Part shown: positions 1 through 6,061 of the stretch, piece after piece
Numbering within the stretch: position 1 is the first letter of the stretch
How the letters are laid out: each line of letters begins with the position of its first letter
DNA from: a virus
Taxonomy: Duplodnaviria; Heunggongvirae; Uroviricota; Caudoviricetes
Strand: one strand, 5' to 3'
DNA: 11,151 bases
IMG/VR virus record: IMGVR_UViG_2802429231_000004
Location: 1-11,151 of that record
The notes under the pieces: model-generated
The model's input: only the letters and a program-made list of their open reading frames with translations
Databases searched by the model: none
What the model was told of the DNA's origin: nothing
Program-made: the position numbers and the translations under genes

Positions 1-28
1 TGATGAGCTGGCAGCCTGAGTTCACAGG

Positions 29-34
29 TAAAAT
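29..34 (+). promoter_or_regulatory. Candidate -10 hexamer (TAAAAT) of a PR'-like late promoter; the -35 is poor or lies outside the window
   Basis: TAAAAT at 29-34 lies about 195 nt upstream of the tR'-like terminator U-run, matching the ~194-nt lambda 6S RNA spacing. No convincing -35 in the window. Confidence 0.25.
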
Positions 35-204
35 ACTCTCCAGGAAAACCGGGGCGGTTCAGAAAGGAAGGTGCGACCACAATTAATAACAAAATCTTAA
101 AAATTGCACATGGCACTATTAGTTTTCTAAATATTGTGTATTTTTTGTATTGCAGGATGACCCTGTAACGAAGTTTGCGTAACAGCATTTTGCTCTACGA
201 GTTT

Positions 205-234
205 GCCAGCCTCCCCCAGTGGCTGGCTTTTTTA
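205..234 (+). terminator. Rho-independent terminator, tR'-like (end of 6S-type late leader RNA)
   Basis: 7-bp GC-rich stem GCCAGCC/GGCTGGC with 9-nt loop, followed by TTTTTTAT; the 3' tail resembles the lambda tR' region. Confidence 0.6.
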
Positions 235-256
235 TGTCTGTAGCGTCAAAGCAGCA

Positions 257-355
257 ATGTCGCTGGGGCGTCGTGCAATTGGCGTTGAGCTGGAGACTGA
301 ACGTTTTGAGCAGACGGTCAGGGAAGTTCAGGATTTAGTCAGTCAGAACGGATGA
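257..355 (+). pseudogene. Possible C-terminal remnant of a DNA methyltransferase gene (about 32 codons)
   Basis: Translation MSLGRRAIGVELETERFEQTVREVQDLVSQNG matches the C-terminal GRxxIGxE...F/Y...R motif of N6/N4 DNA methyltransferases. The frame is open upstream through the terminator but shows no SAM-binding motif, so only a fragment is present. Confidence 0.3.
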
Positions 356-395
356 TATTGCAGGATTAGTTACGTACCGTTATTATCCTGCGCCC

Positions 396-471
396 GGCCC
401 TTTAGCTCAGTGGTGAGAGCGAGCGACTCATAATCGCCAGGTCGCTGGTTCAAATCCAGCAAGGGCCACCA
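396..471 (+). tRNA. ileZ: tRNA-Ile2 (anticodon CAU, lysidine type), ileX-like; tRNA-Met not strictly excluded
   Basis: 76-nt cloverleaf: acceptor GGCCCTT/AAGGGCC, D-arm TAGCTCAGTGG, anticodon loop CTCATAA, T-loop TTCAAAT, encoded CCA. Closely resembles E. coli ileX as remembered. First of the ileZ-argN-argO-type cluster of Stx phages. Confidence 0.85.
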
Positions 472-480
472 TATCACATA

Positions 481-557
481 CCGCCATTAGCTCATCGGGA
501 TAGAGCGTCAGCCTTCGAAGCTGGCTGTGCGGGGTTCAAGTCCCCGATGGCGGTCCA
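481..557 (+). tRNA. argN: tRNA-Arg (anticodon UCG; decodes CGA/CGG)
   Basis: 77-nt cloverleaf: acceptor CCGCCAT/ATGGCGG, anticodon stem TCAGC/GCTGG with loop CTTCGAA (U33, anticodon TCG, A37), T-arm CGGGG-TTCAAGT-CCCCG, encoded CCA. Confidence 0.85.
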
Positions 558-570
558 TTATCAGCATCAT

Positions 571-647
571 GCGTTGTTAGCTCAGCCGGACAGAGCAATT
601 GCCTTCTAAGCAATCGGTCACTGGTTCGAATCCAGTACAACGCGCCA
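571..647 (+). tRNA. argO: tRNA-Arg (anticodon UCU; decodes AGA/AGG)
   Basis: 77-nt cloverleaf: acceptor GCGTTGT/ACAACGC, anticodon stem ATTGC/GCAAT with loop CTTCTAA (anticodon TCT), T-arm ACTGG-TTCGAAT-CCAGT, encoded CCA. Confidence 0.85.
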
Positions 648-933
648 CACCACACTTATCTGCCCTGACTCTCTTTTGCGGGCTTTTTATTACAGGAAAG
701 ACACCGGACAGTGAAATGTTAAATGCCTCACAATTCAGGTAGTCGACTGTTGCCTGACATGCTGAGCGTTTGTTAAAAAAATCCTGCATGATGAATCCCC
801 CTGGGCGGCGGGGCATAATGACAGATGTTTGGTTGCGTATTGTATAGGCAAGTTGCGGATTCTGTCTGGTCATTGCAGAATTCACCGGGAGGCACCCGGC
901 ATCATGCTGTATACAGAGATTAGGCATATATCC

Positions 934-959
934 AGGCTCCTCATCGCAGGAGCCTTTTT
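934..959 (+). terminator. Rho-independent terminator
   Basis: Stem AGGCTCC/GGAGCCT around loop TCATCGCA, followed by a T-run (955-959). Confidence 0.55.
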
Positions 960-965
960 ACATGC

Positions 966-990
966 AAAAAAAGCCCGAGTAGGTTCGGGC
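966..990 (-). terminator. Hairpin with upstream A-run; would terminate on the minus strand, forming a bidirectional pair with the 934-959 terminator
   Basis: AAAAAAA then GCCCGA-GTAGGT-TCGGGC; on the minus strand this reads as hairpin plus T7. Confidence 0.4.
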
Positions 991-1050
991 AACAGCATGA
1001 GATACTTGCATTGTCATTTTTATCGTGTGGATTTTAACCAGGGTTTATCA

Positions 1051-1076
1051 GGCTGCGCAACTGCGTGGCCTTTTTT
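1051..1076 (+). terminator. Rho-independent terminator
   Basis: GGCTGCGC-AACT-GCGTGGCC hairpin (8 bp including two G-U pairs) followed by TTTTTT. Confidence 0.5.
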
Positions 1077-1084
1077 CATTTCTT

Positions 1085-1129
1085 GGGCTGTAGTCCCCGT
1101 GTGTCATTCAGGCTTCCGGACTACAGCCC
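1085..1129. repeat. Perfect 12-bp inverted repeat (GGGCTGTAGTCC ... GGACTACAGCCC) with 21-nt spacer, about 45 nt upstream of the nanS-p-like start
   Basis: Arms at 1085-1096 and 1118-1129 are exact reverse complements. No U-run follows, so not a canonical intrinsic terminator. Confidence 0.8.
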
Positions 1130-1172
1130 ACTCCATATCTGATTTAATACACTATCCCGGCCGGGAGGAATA

Positions 1173-3026
1173 ATGACATTTAAACATTATGATGTTGTCA
1201 GGGCGGCGTCGCCGTCAGACCTTGCGGAAAAGCTGACACACAAACTGAAAGAGGGCTGGCAGCCGTTTGGTAGTCCGGTGGCCATAACCCCTTATACCCT
1301 GATGCAGGCGATTACAGCAGAAGGTGATGTGATGGTCAGTGGTGCAACTGAGCCGGATTGGTACTACGTCATCGTACTGGCCGGGCAGTCCAATGCCATG
1401 GCTTACGGTGAAGGGCTTCCGCTTCCGGATTCATACGATGCGCCCCATCCGCGCATTAAGCAACTGGCCCGTCGTAACACAGTGACTCCCGGTGGTGAAG
1501 TATGCGTATTTAACGACATCATTCCTGCTGACCATTGTCTGCATGATGTTCAGGATATGAGTACGATTAACCATCCCCGGGCTGACCTGAGCAAAGGGCA
1601 GTACGGCTGTGTCGGACAGGGCTTACATATTGCCAAAAAACTGCTTCCGTATATCCCTAATAATGCGGGGATCCTGCTGGTACCATGCTGTCGTGGTGGT
1701 TCGGCATTCACCCAGGGCACGGAGGGGACATTCAGCGAGTCCACGGGGGCCAGTCAGGATTCGGCTCGCTGGGGAGTGGGTAAGCCGTTATATCAGGATC
1801 TGCTTTTCCGCACGAAGGCAGCATTGCAGAAAAACCCGAAAAACGTTTTGCTGGCGATATGCTGGATGCAGGGGGAATTCGATATGACGAATGCCAGTTA
1901 CGCCCAGCAGCCAGCAGCATTTCTTGCAATGGTACAGCAGTTCCGTGCTGACCTTGCCGGGCTGGCGGCGCAGTGTCACGGTGGAAGTCCGGCATCAGTC
2001 CCCTGGATTTGTGGCGACACGACATACGCGTGGAAACAAGAACACGGTACGCAATATGAAGTGGTATATGGTGCATATAAAGGTAAAGAATCCCAGCAGA
2101 TTTATTTTGTTCCCTTTATGACCGATGGTAGCGGAGTTAATACACCGACAAACAACCCGTCAGAAGATCCTGATATTGTCGGGTCTGGTTATTACGGTTC
2201 GGCATCCCGAACGAACAAAAACTGGGTATCATCAAATCGCCCGACGCATTTCAGCTCATGGGCGCGTCGTGGCATTATTCCCGATCGTATGGCAACCGCT
2301 ATTCTGAACGCAGCCGGGCGCACCTCAGCCTTCATCAGTGGTAAGGCACCGGAAATCAAACCCTCGCCCGGCGGCGACACGCCATCGGGTCCGTCTACAG
2401 ATACGTCCGTTCGCACAATCTCCCTGCTGCCGACAGCCGGAGAGGCTGCTGCGCAGGGCTGGACCATTAAGGACGGCGGAATTCAGTTGTCGGGTGGTGT
2501 ATTTAAGATCGCCAAGCAGAGCAATAAAACCTGGTCCCTGACGCGCCCGGTGGATGACGCAGTCTCCCTGCTGACACGGGGTGGCAGACTGAGCTGTAAG
2601 TTTCGACTGTCAGGCGCACTGACCAACAATCAGTTCGGTCTGGGAATTTATCTGTATACCGATGTAGCGTTACCTGACGTCGTGGCGATGACGGGTACCG
2701 GTAACCCGTTCCTGATGTCGTTCTTCACCCAGACCACAGACGGCAAACTGAATCTGATGCATCACAAGAAAGCAGGAAACACAAAGTTGGGCGAGTTCGG
2801 GAATTACAGTAACGACTGGCAGACGCTGGAGCTGGTGTTCACCGCCGGCAGTGCCACGGTTACTCCGAAACTGAATGGAGTGGCTGGCCCGGCATTCCAG
2901 GTCATAAAAGACAGTCTGACACTGGGGCTGAATGCGCTGACGCTGACGGATATTACCAAAAATGCAGCGTATGGCGTTGAGATAGAAAGTCTGGTGCTGG
3001 AGATAAATGCACCGGCATCATCATAA
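1173..3026 (+). CDS. nanS: NanS-p-like prophage sialate 9-O-acetylesterase (N-terminal DUF1737, central SGNH/SASA esterase domain, C-terminal probable carbohydrate-binding region), 617 aa
   Basis: Long ORF with SD GGGAGG 5 nt upstream. N-terminus MTFKHYDVVRAASPSDLAEKL is DUF1737-like; GQSN esterase motif in VLAGQSNAMAYGEG. Sits in the same place as the large yjhS/nanS-p ORF downstream of stx in Stx2 phages. Confidence 0.85.
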   Translation: MTFKHYDVVRAASPSDLAEKLTHKLKEGWQPFGSPVAITPYTLMQAITAEGDVMVSGATEPDWYYVIVLAGQSNAMAYGEGLPLPDSYDAPHPRIKQLARRNTVTPGGEVCVFNDIIPADHCLHDVQDMSTINHPRADLSKGQYGCVGQGLHIAKKLLPYIPNNAGILLVPCCRGGSAFTQGTEGTFSESTGASQDSARWGVGKPLYQDLLFRTKAALQKNPKNVLLAICWMQGEFDMTNASYAQQPAAFLAMVQQFRADLAGLAAQCHGGSPASVPWICGDTTYAWKQEHGTQYEVVYGAYKGKESQQIYFVPFMTDGSGVNTPTNNPSEDPDIVGSGYYGSASRTNKNWVSSNRPTHFSSWARRGIIPDRMATAILNAAGRTSAFISGKAPEIKPSPGGDTPSGPSTDTSVRTISLLPTAGEAAAQGWTIKDGGIQLSGGVFKIAKQSNKTWSLTRPVDDAVSLLTRGGRLSCKFRLSGALTNNQFGLGIYLYTDVALPDVVAMTGTGNPFLMSFFTQTTDGKLNLMHHKKAGNTKLGEFGNYSNDWQTLELVFTAGSATVTPKLNGVAGPAFQVIKDSLTLGLNALTLTDITKNAAYGVEIESLVLEINAPASS

Positions 3027-3111
3027 AAAGTGAGCCAGTCAAATGGAAGGTATCGTTAAACTCACCGGTAGTGTCAGTGGGTCGTCTGAGATGCCTGCAT
3101 GAGTTATCAGA

Positions 3112-3141
3112 GCCATCAGTACTTAACTGGTGGCTTTTTTT
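3112..3141 (+). terminator. Strong rho-independent terminator between the esterase gene and the holin
   Basis: 8-bp stem GCCATCAG/CTGGTGGC (one G-U), 7-nt loop, followed by TTTTTTT. Confidence 0.65.
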
Positions 3142-3176
3142 ATTGTTGTCAGCTTCCGGATAACGGGAGACGGGGT

Positions 3177-3392
3177 ATGTACCAGATGGAAAAAATCACA
3201 ACAGGTGTGTCATACACCACGTCAGCGGTGGGAACGGGCTACTGGTTCCTGCAGTTGCTGGACAGGGTTTCCCCGTCTCAGTGGGCGGCAATAGGCGTGC
3301 TGGGAAGTCTGCTGTTTGGGCTGCTGACATATCTGACTAACCTGTATTTCAAAATCAGAGAGGACCGGCGTAAGGCCGCCCGGGGAGAGTGA
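3177..3392 (+). CDS. S: Class II holin, phage 21 S-type pinholin (71 aa) with dual-start motif (Met1 and Met4)
   Basis: Sequence from [71 protein letters not shown] is near-identical in its C-terminal half to S21 as remembered; two TMDs. SD GGGAGACGGGG precedes ATG 3177. The track ORF from 3099 is an upstream extension through the terminator. Confidence 0.9.
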   Translation: MYQMEKITTGVSYTTSAVGTGYWFLQLLDRVSPSQWAAIGVLGSLLFGLLTYLTNLYFKIREDRRKAARGE

Positions 3393-3395
3393 ATA

Positions 3396-3953
3396 ATGAA
3401 CCATGAAGAAATGAATCAGCGCTTCAGTCGCCTGGAAAATGAAATTGCTGAACTGAATAAAAAACTGTCGACGCTGATGCATTCTGAAGATGAAAAAAAA
3501 CGCCGCGATGAGCAGTTTGCTGCGTTTGACGATTATTGTCGGAAAGTGATGAGCAAAAATCTCGCAGAGTGTTTCAGTATTCATAATGATAATTTCAGTG
3601 AGCTGGAATGGGAGTGTAACCGGCCATCCTTTGTTGTATCCGGTGATGCCGGGAAAATAACCATCTCAGAAAATGGGAAAGTAACACCTCCATCGCACCA
3701 GCACAGTGAGGAGCTCATTGAATTTGCCATTGATTACCTGAAGAACAATAAAAAGCAGGGGCTGATGAAGCGCGTTGGCCGTTGCATGGGATATCTTCAG
3801 GTAGCCGCTGAGATTGAAGCGCTGGCCAGTGGTGCTGATAAGGATGCAATTGTGCGGGAGGCTCTTCTTCGTGATTTTAATACTCCACCCTTTAAAAAAG
3901 TGCCGGCTTACTGGCTTCATCCGGGGCTGACTTATCTTAAAGTGCGTATTTAG
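3396..3953 (+). CDS. Uncharacterised 185-aa soluble protein encoded between holin and endolysin (N-terminal predicted coiled coil, no TM segment)
   Basis: ATG 3396 lies 3 nt after the holin stop, with SD GGGGAGAG inside the holin 3' end (translational coupling). No motif I can assign. Looks lower in GC than the flanking lysis genes. Confidence 0.7.
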   Translation: MNHEEMNQRFSRLENEIAELNKKLSTLMHSEDEKKRRDEQFAAFDDYCRKVMSKNLAECFSIHNDNFSELEWECNRPSFVVSGDAGKITISENGKVTPPSHQHSEELIEFAIDYLKNNKKQGLMKRVGRCMGYLQVAAEIEALASGADKDAIVREALLRDFNTPPFKKVPAYWLHPGLTYLKVRI

Positions 3954-3989
3954 TGGGCCAGGGACAGCGGCTGAATATTTAATATATCC

Positions 3990-4523
3990 ATGAACACCAA
4001 AATCAAATACGGCCTGTCGGCTGCCGTTCTGGCGCTGATTGCCGCTGGTGCGTCTGCGCCTGACATTCTCGACCAGTTTCTGGATGAAAAGGAAGGCAAT
4101 CACACCACGGCATACCGTGATGGTGCAGGTATCTGGACCATCTGCCGTGGTGCCATCATGGTGGATGGCAAACCTGTCGTTCCGGGCATGAAGTTGTCGA
4201 AGGAAAAATGCGACCAGGTTAACGCCATTGAGCGTGATAAAGCGCTGGCGTGGGTGGAGAAAAACATCAAAGTGCCATTGAGCGAACCCCAGAAAGCGGG
4301 GATCGCGTCATTCTGTCCGTACAACATTGGTCCCGGTAAGTGTTTCCCGTCGACGTTTTATAAACGAATTAATGCAGGTGATCGCAGGGGAGCGTGTGAG
4401 GCGATTCGCTGGTGGATTAAGGACGGTGGCAGAGACTGCCGTATTCGTTCAAACAACTGCTACGGTCAGGTATCCCGTCGTGACCAGGAGAGCGCGCTGG
4501 CGTGCTGGGGTATCGACAGATAA
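3990..4523 (+). CDS. R: SAR (signal-anchor-release) endolysin, T4-lysozyme-like muramidase (GH24), phage 21 R-type, 177 aa
   Basis: N-terminal Gly/Ala-rich weakly hydrophobic segment YGLSAAVLALIAAGASA (SAR domain); catalytic triad spacing E-x8-D-x5-T (EGNHTTAYRDGAGIWT). No obvious SD upstream of ATG 3990. Confidence 0.9.
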   Translation: MNTKIKYGLSAAVLALIAAGASAPDILDQFLDEKEGNHTTAYRDGAGIWTICRGAIMVDGKPVVPGMKLSKEKCDQVNAIERDKALAWVEKNIKVPLSEPQKAGIASFCPYNIGPGKCFPSTFYKRINAGDRRGACEAIRWWIKDGGRDCRIRSNNCYGQVSRRDQESALACWGIDR

Positions 4524-4612
4524 GCAGAATATTTTGCTGAAAAATAAAGCATGGCCACGCGGGCGGATAACATGAAATCCTGCGAACTGGCGAAACGTAA
4601 GTGAATAAAAGT

Positions 4613-4651
4613 AAAAACCCCGTTTGTTGGCACCAAGCGGGGTTTTGTGTT
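4613..4651 (+). terminator. Rho-independent terminator-like hairpin between endolysin and spanin genes
   Basis: AAAACCCCG ... CGGGGTTTT with an imperfect inner stem, followed by a U-rich tract (TTTTGTGTTT). Confidence 0.45.
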
Positions 4652-4682
4652 TCCTGACTCCGGAAAAGTCAAAGGAGAAAGT

Positions 4683-4820
4683 GTGTTTGATTTTAGCAAA
4701 CTGATTCGGGAGATTCGAGTGATGGCTGAAAAATTATCCACCTGGAAGTTCATTCTTATCTGGCTGGTGTTTGTGATTATGGCCTCCGGTTATTTCATCG
4801 GTCAGATACGCTGGTGGTGA
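4683..4820 (+). CDS. Small hypothetical single-pass membrane protein (45 aa from GTG 4683; 32 aa if from ATG 4722)
   Basis: SD AGGAG (4673-4677) 5 nt before GTG. Product [45 protein letters not shown] has one C-terminal hydrophobic helix. Stop TGA 4818-4820 abuts the Rz ATG at 4822. Too short for the supplied ORF track. Confidence 0.4.
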   Translation: MFDFSKLIREIRVMAEKLSTWKFILIWLVFVIMASGYFIGQIRWW

Positions 4821-4821
4821 A

Positions 4822-5286
4822 ATGAACCGCGTACTGTGCGTGGTCATCATTGCCCTGCTGGTGGCCTGTGGTGCGCTTAGTCTGGGGCTGAATCATTACC
4901 GTGATAACGCCATTACCTACAAAGCCCAGCGCGACAAAAATGTCAGAGAACTGAAGCTGGCGAACGCGGCAATTACTGACATGCAGATGCGTCAGCGTGA
5001 TGTTGCTGCGCTCGATGCAAAATACACGAAGGAGTTAGCTGATGCGAAAGCTGAAAATGATGCTCTGCGTGATGATGTTGCCGCTGGTCGTCGTCGGTTG
5101 CACATCAAAGCAGTCTGTCAGTCAGTGCGTGAAGCCACCACCGCCTCCGGCGTGGATAATGCAGCCTCCCCCCGACTGGCAGACACCGCTGAACGGGATT
5201 ATTTCACCCTCAGAGCGCGACTGATAATAATGCAAAAACAACTTGAAGGGGCACAGCTATACATTCGAGAGCAATGCCTCAGATAA
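4822..5286 (+). CDS. Rz: Rz i-spanin (inner-membrane spanin subunit), lambda type
   Basis: Near-identical to lambda Rz as remembered ([74 protein letters not shown]); N-terminal TMD. Confidence 0.95.
   Translation: MNRVLCVVIIALLVACGALSLGLNHYRDNAITYKAQRDKNVRELKLANAAITDMQMRQRDVAALDAKYTKELADAKAENDALRDDVAAGRRRLHIKAVCQSVREATTASGVDNAASPRLADTAERDYFTLRARLIIMQKQLEGAQLYIREQCLR
5042..5224 (+). CDS. Rz1: Rz1 o-spanin lipoprotein, embedded in the +1 frame of Rz
   Basis: [20 protein letters not shown] lipobox signal followed by proline-rich [15 protein letters not shown], matching lambda Rz1; fully nested in Rz. Confidence 0.9.
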   Translation: MRKLKMMLCVMMLPLVVVGCTSKQSVSQCVKPPPPPAWIMQPPPDWQTPLNGIISPSERD

Positions 5287-5593
5287 AAACCGGCCAAGGA
5301 TAATCCGCTGAAGATTCGCCGGTGGCTAAAGTGTGCCAAGAGTTCAATTTACGCAATTACTCCTGTCGATGCTATGCACCGTCTTTGTGAAGTCAATGGA
5401 TACCTGATTTATTTCTGTGCGCTGTATCGTCGCTGTACTCTTGCATTAATTATGACTGTAGCCTGACGGGGAACTCCTTCTGCACAAGTGTGGGGGAATA
5501 ATCAAAAACGATGCACACCGGGGTTACCGGGTACACATATTTCATCATGCCAGCGAGTCCGGTTCTGGCACGGAAGAAACCGGACGTTATGAT

Positions 5594-6004
5594 TTAGTGC
5601 GGAAATATTTGTGTAGTGTTCTGAATGTTCTCAGTAAAGAGTAATGAATTATCAAAGGTATAGTAATACCTTTTGTTTTCGTGGATATTTGTAATCCATC
5701 TGAAAACCCCTGCTGTAGCAAGATTTTTCCTGTATTCGTAAAATGATAACTCTCCTGATTTGAATCCTTTTAAGGTGGCTTCTATAAGGCATTTATTTTT
5801 TGAAAATCTTACATTTACAACCTTACCCTGTCCTTTTATTAAAACCGTATTATCGTTTTCAAGAACAAGATGAATATTCTCTGTGGCTAAATAGTAAATG
5901 TAATGTGAGACATTGTGACGTTTTAGTTCAGAATAAAACCAGTGATAGTTTAAATTATTTCGCACTTTATCGAATATTTGTTTAAAAATGGCAACCTGAG
6001 CCAT
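5594..6004 (-). CDS. Hypothetical protein, possibly YbcV/YdfO-like (DUF1398) prophage family, 136 aa from the second Met; very AT-rich
   Basis: Minus-strand ORF; likely start is the ATG at 6004 with SD GAAGG 7 nt upstream (the track start at 6019 adds MEGTT). Size and C-terminal [18 protein letters not shown] resemble my recollection of DUF1398 proteins; a homologous region exists in the lambda right arm. Family assignment is from memory only. Confidence 0.6.
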   Translation of the reverse strand: MAQVAIFKQIFDKVRNNLNYHWFYSELKRHNVSHYIYYLATENIHLVLENDNTVLIKGQGKVVNVRFSKNKCLIEATLKGFKSGELSFYEYRKNLATAGVFRWITNIHENKRYYYTFDNSLLFTENIQNTTQIFPH

Positions 6005-6061
6005 TGTAGTACCTTCCATGTGATATGAGGGGGCGTAGTCTGCACGATTATCTAAATTGCT

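Noticed and set aside
577-927. 116-aa minus-strand ORF
   Set aside because: Runs antisense through the third tRNA gene and the adjacent intergenic hairpins; no SD and no recognisable protein features. Treated as a chance ORF.
829-1173. 114-aa plus-strand ORF in the tRNA-to-esterase gap (where stx would be)
   Set aside because: Reads straight through two intrinsic terminators and the 12-bp inverted repeat; Cys/His/Arg-rich low-complexity translation; no resemblance to StxA or StxB. Not a credible gene.
1550-2541. Several 60-114-aa ORFs on both strands inside the esterase gene
   Set aside because: All nested within, or antisense to, a long well-supported coding frame; typical shadow ORFs of GC-rich coding sequence.
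3099-3176. N-terminal 26-codon extension of the holin ORF
   Set aside because: The extension starts inside the 3112-3141 terminator and lacks an SD; the homologous holin begins at ATG 3177, which has an SD and the dual-start motif.
3222-4103. Minus-strand ORFs of 120 and 145 aa antisense to the holin, the 185-aa ORF and the endolysin
   Set aside because: Antisense to strongly supported plus-strand genes; no independent signals.
4327-4753. Plus-strand 82-aa ORF overlapping the endolysin in another frame, and minus-strand 95-aa ORF across the R-Rz gap
   Set aside because: The first is an out-of-frame overlap within the endolysin (Arg-rich translation). The second runs antisense through the terminator hairpin and the small membrane ORF. 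Neither has start signals.
5287-5593. bor-like lipoprotein gene or other ORF in the interval after Rz
   Set aside because: Lambda carries bor on the minus strand here, but no ORF of 60 aa or more with a lipoprotein signal is present on either strand; only short hairpins (for example 5558-5584). Called non-coding.
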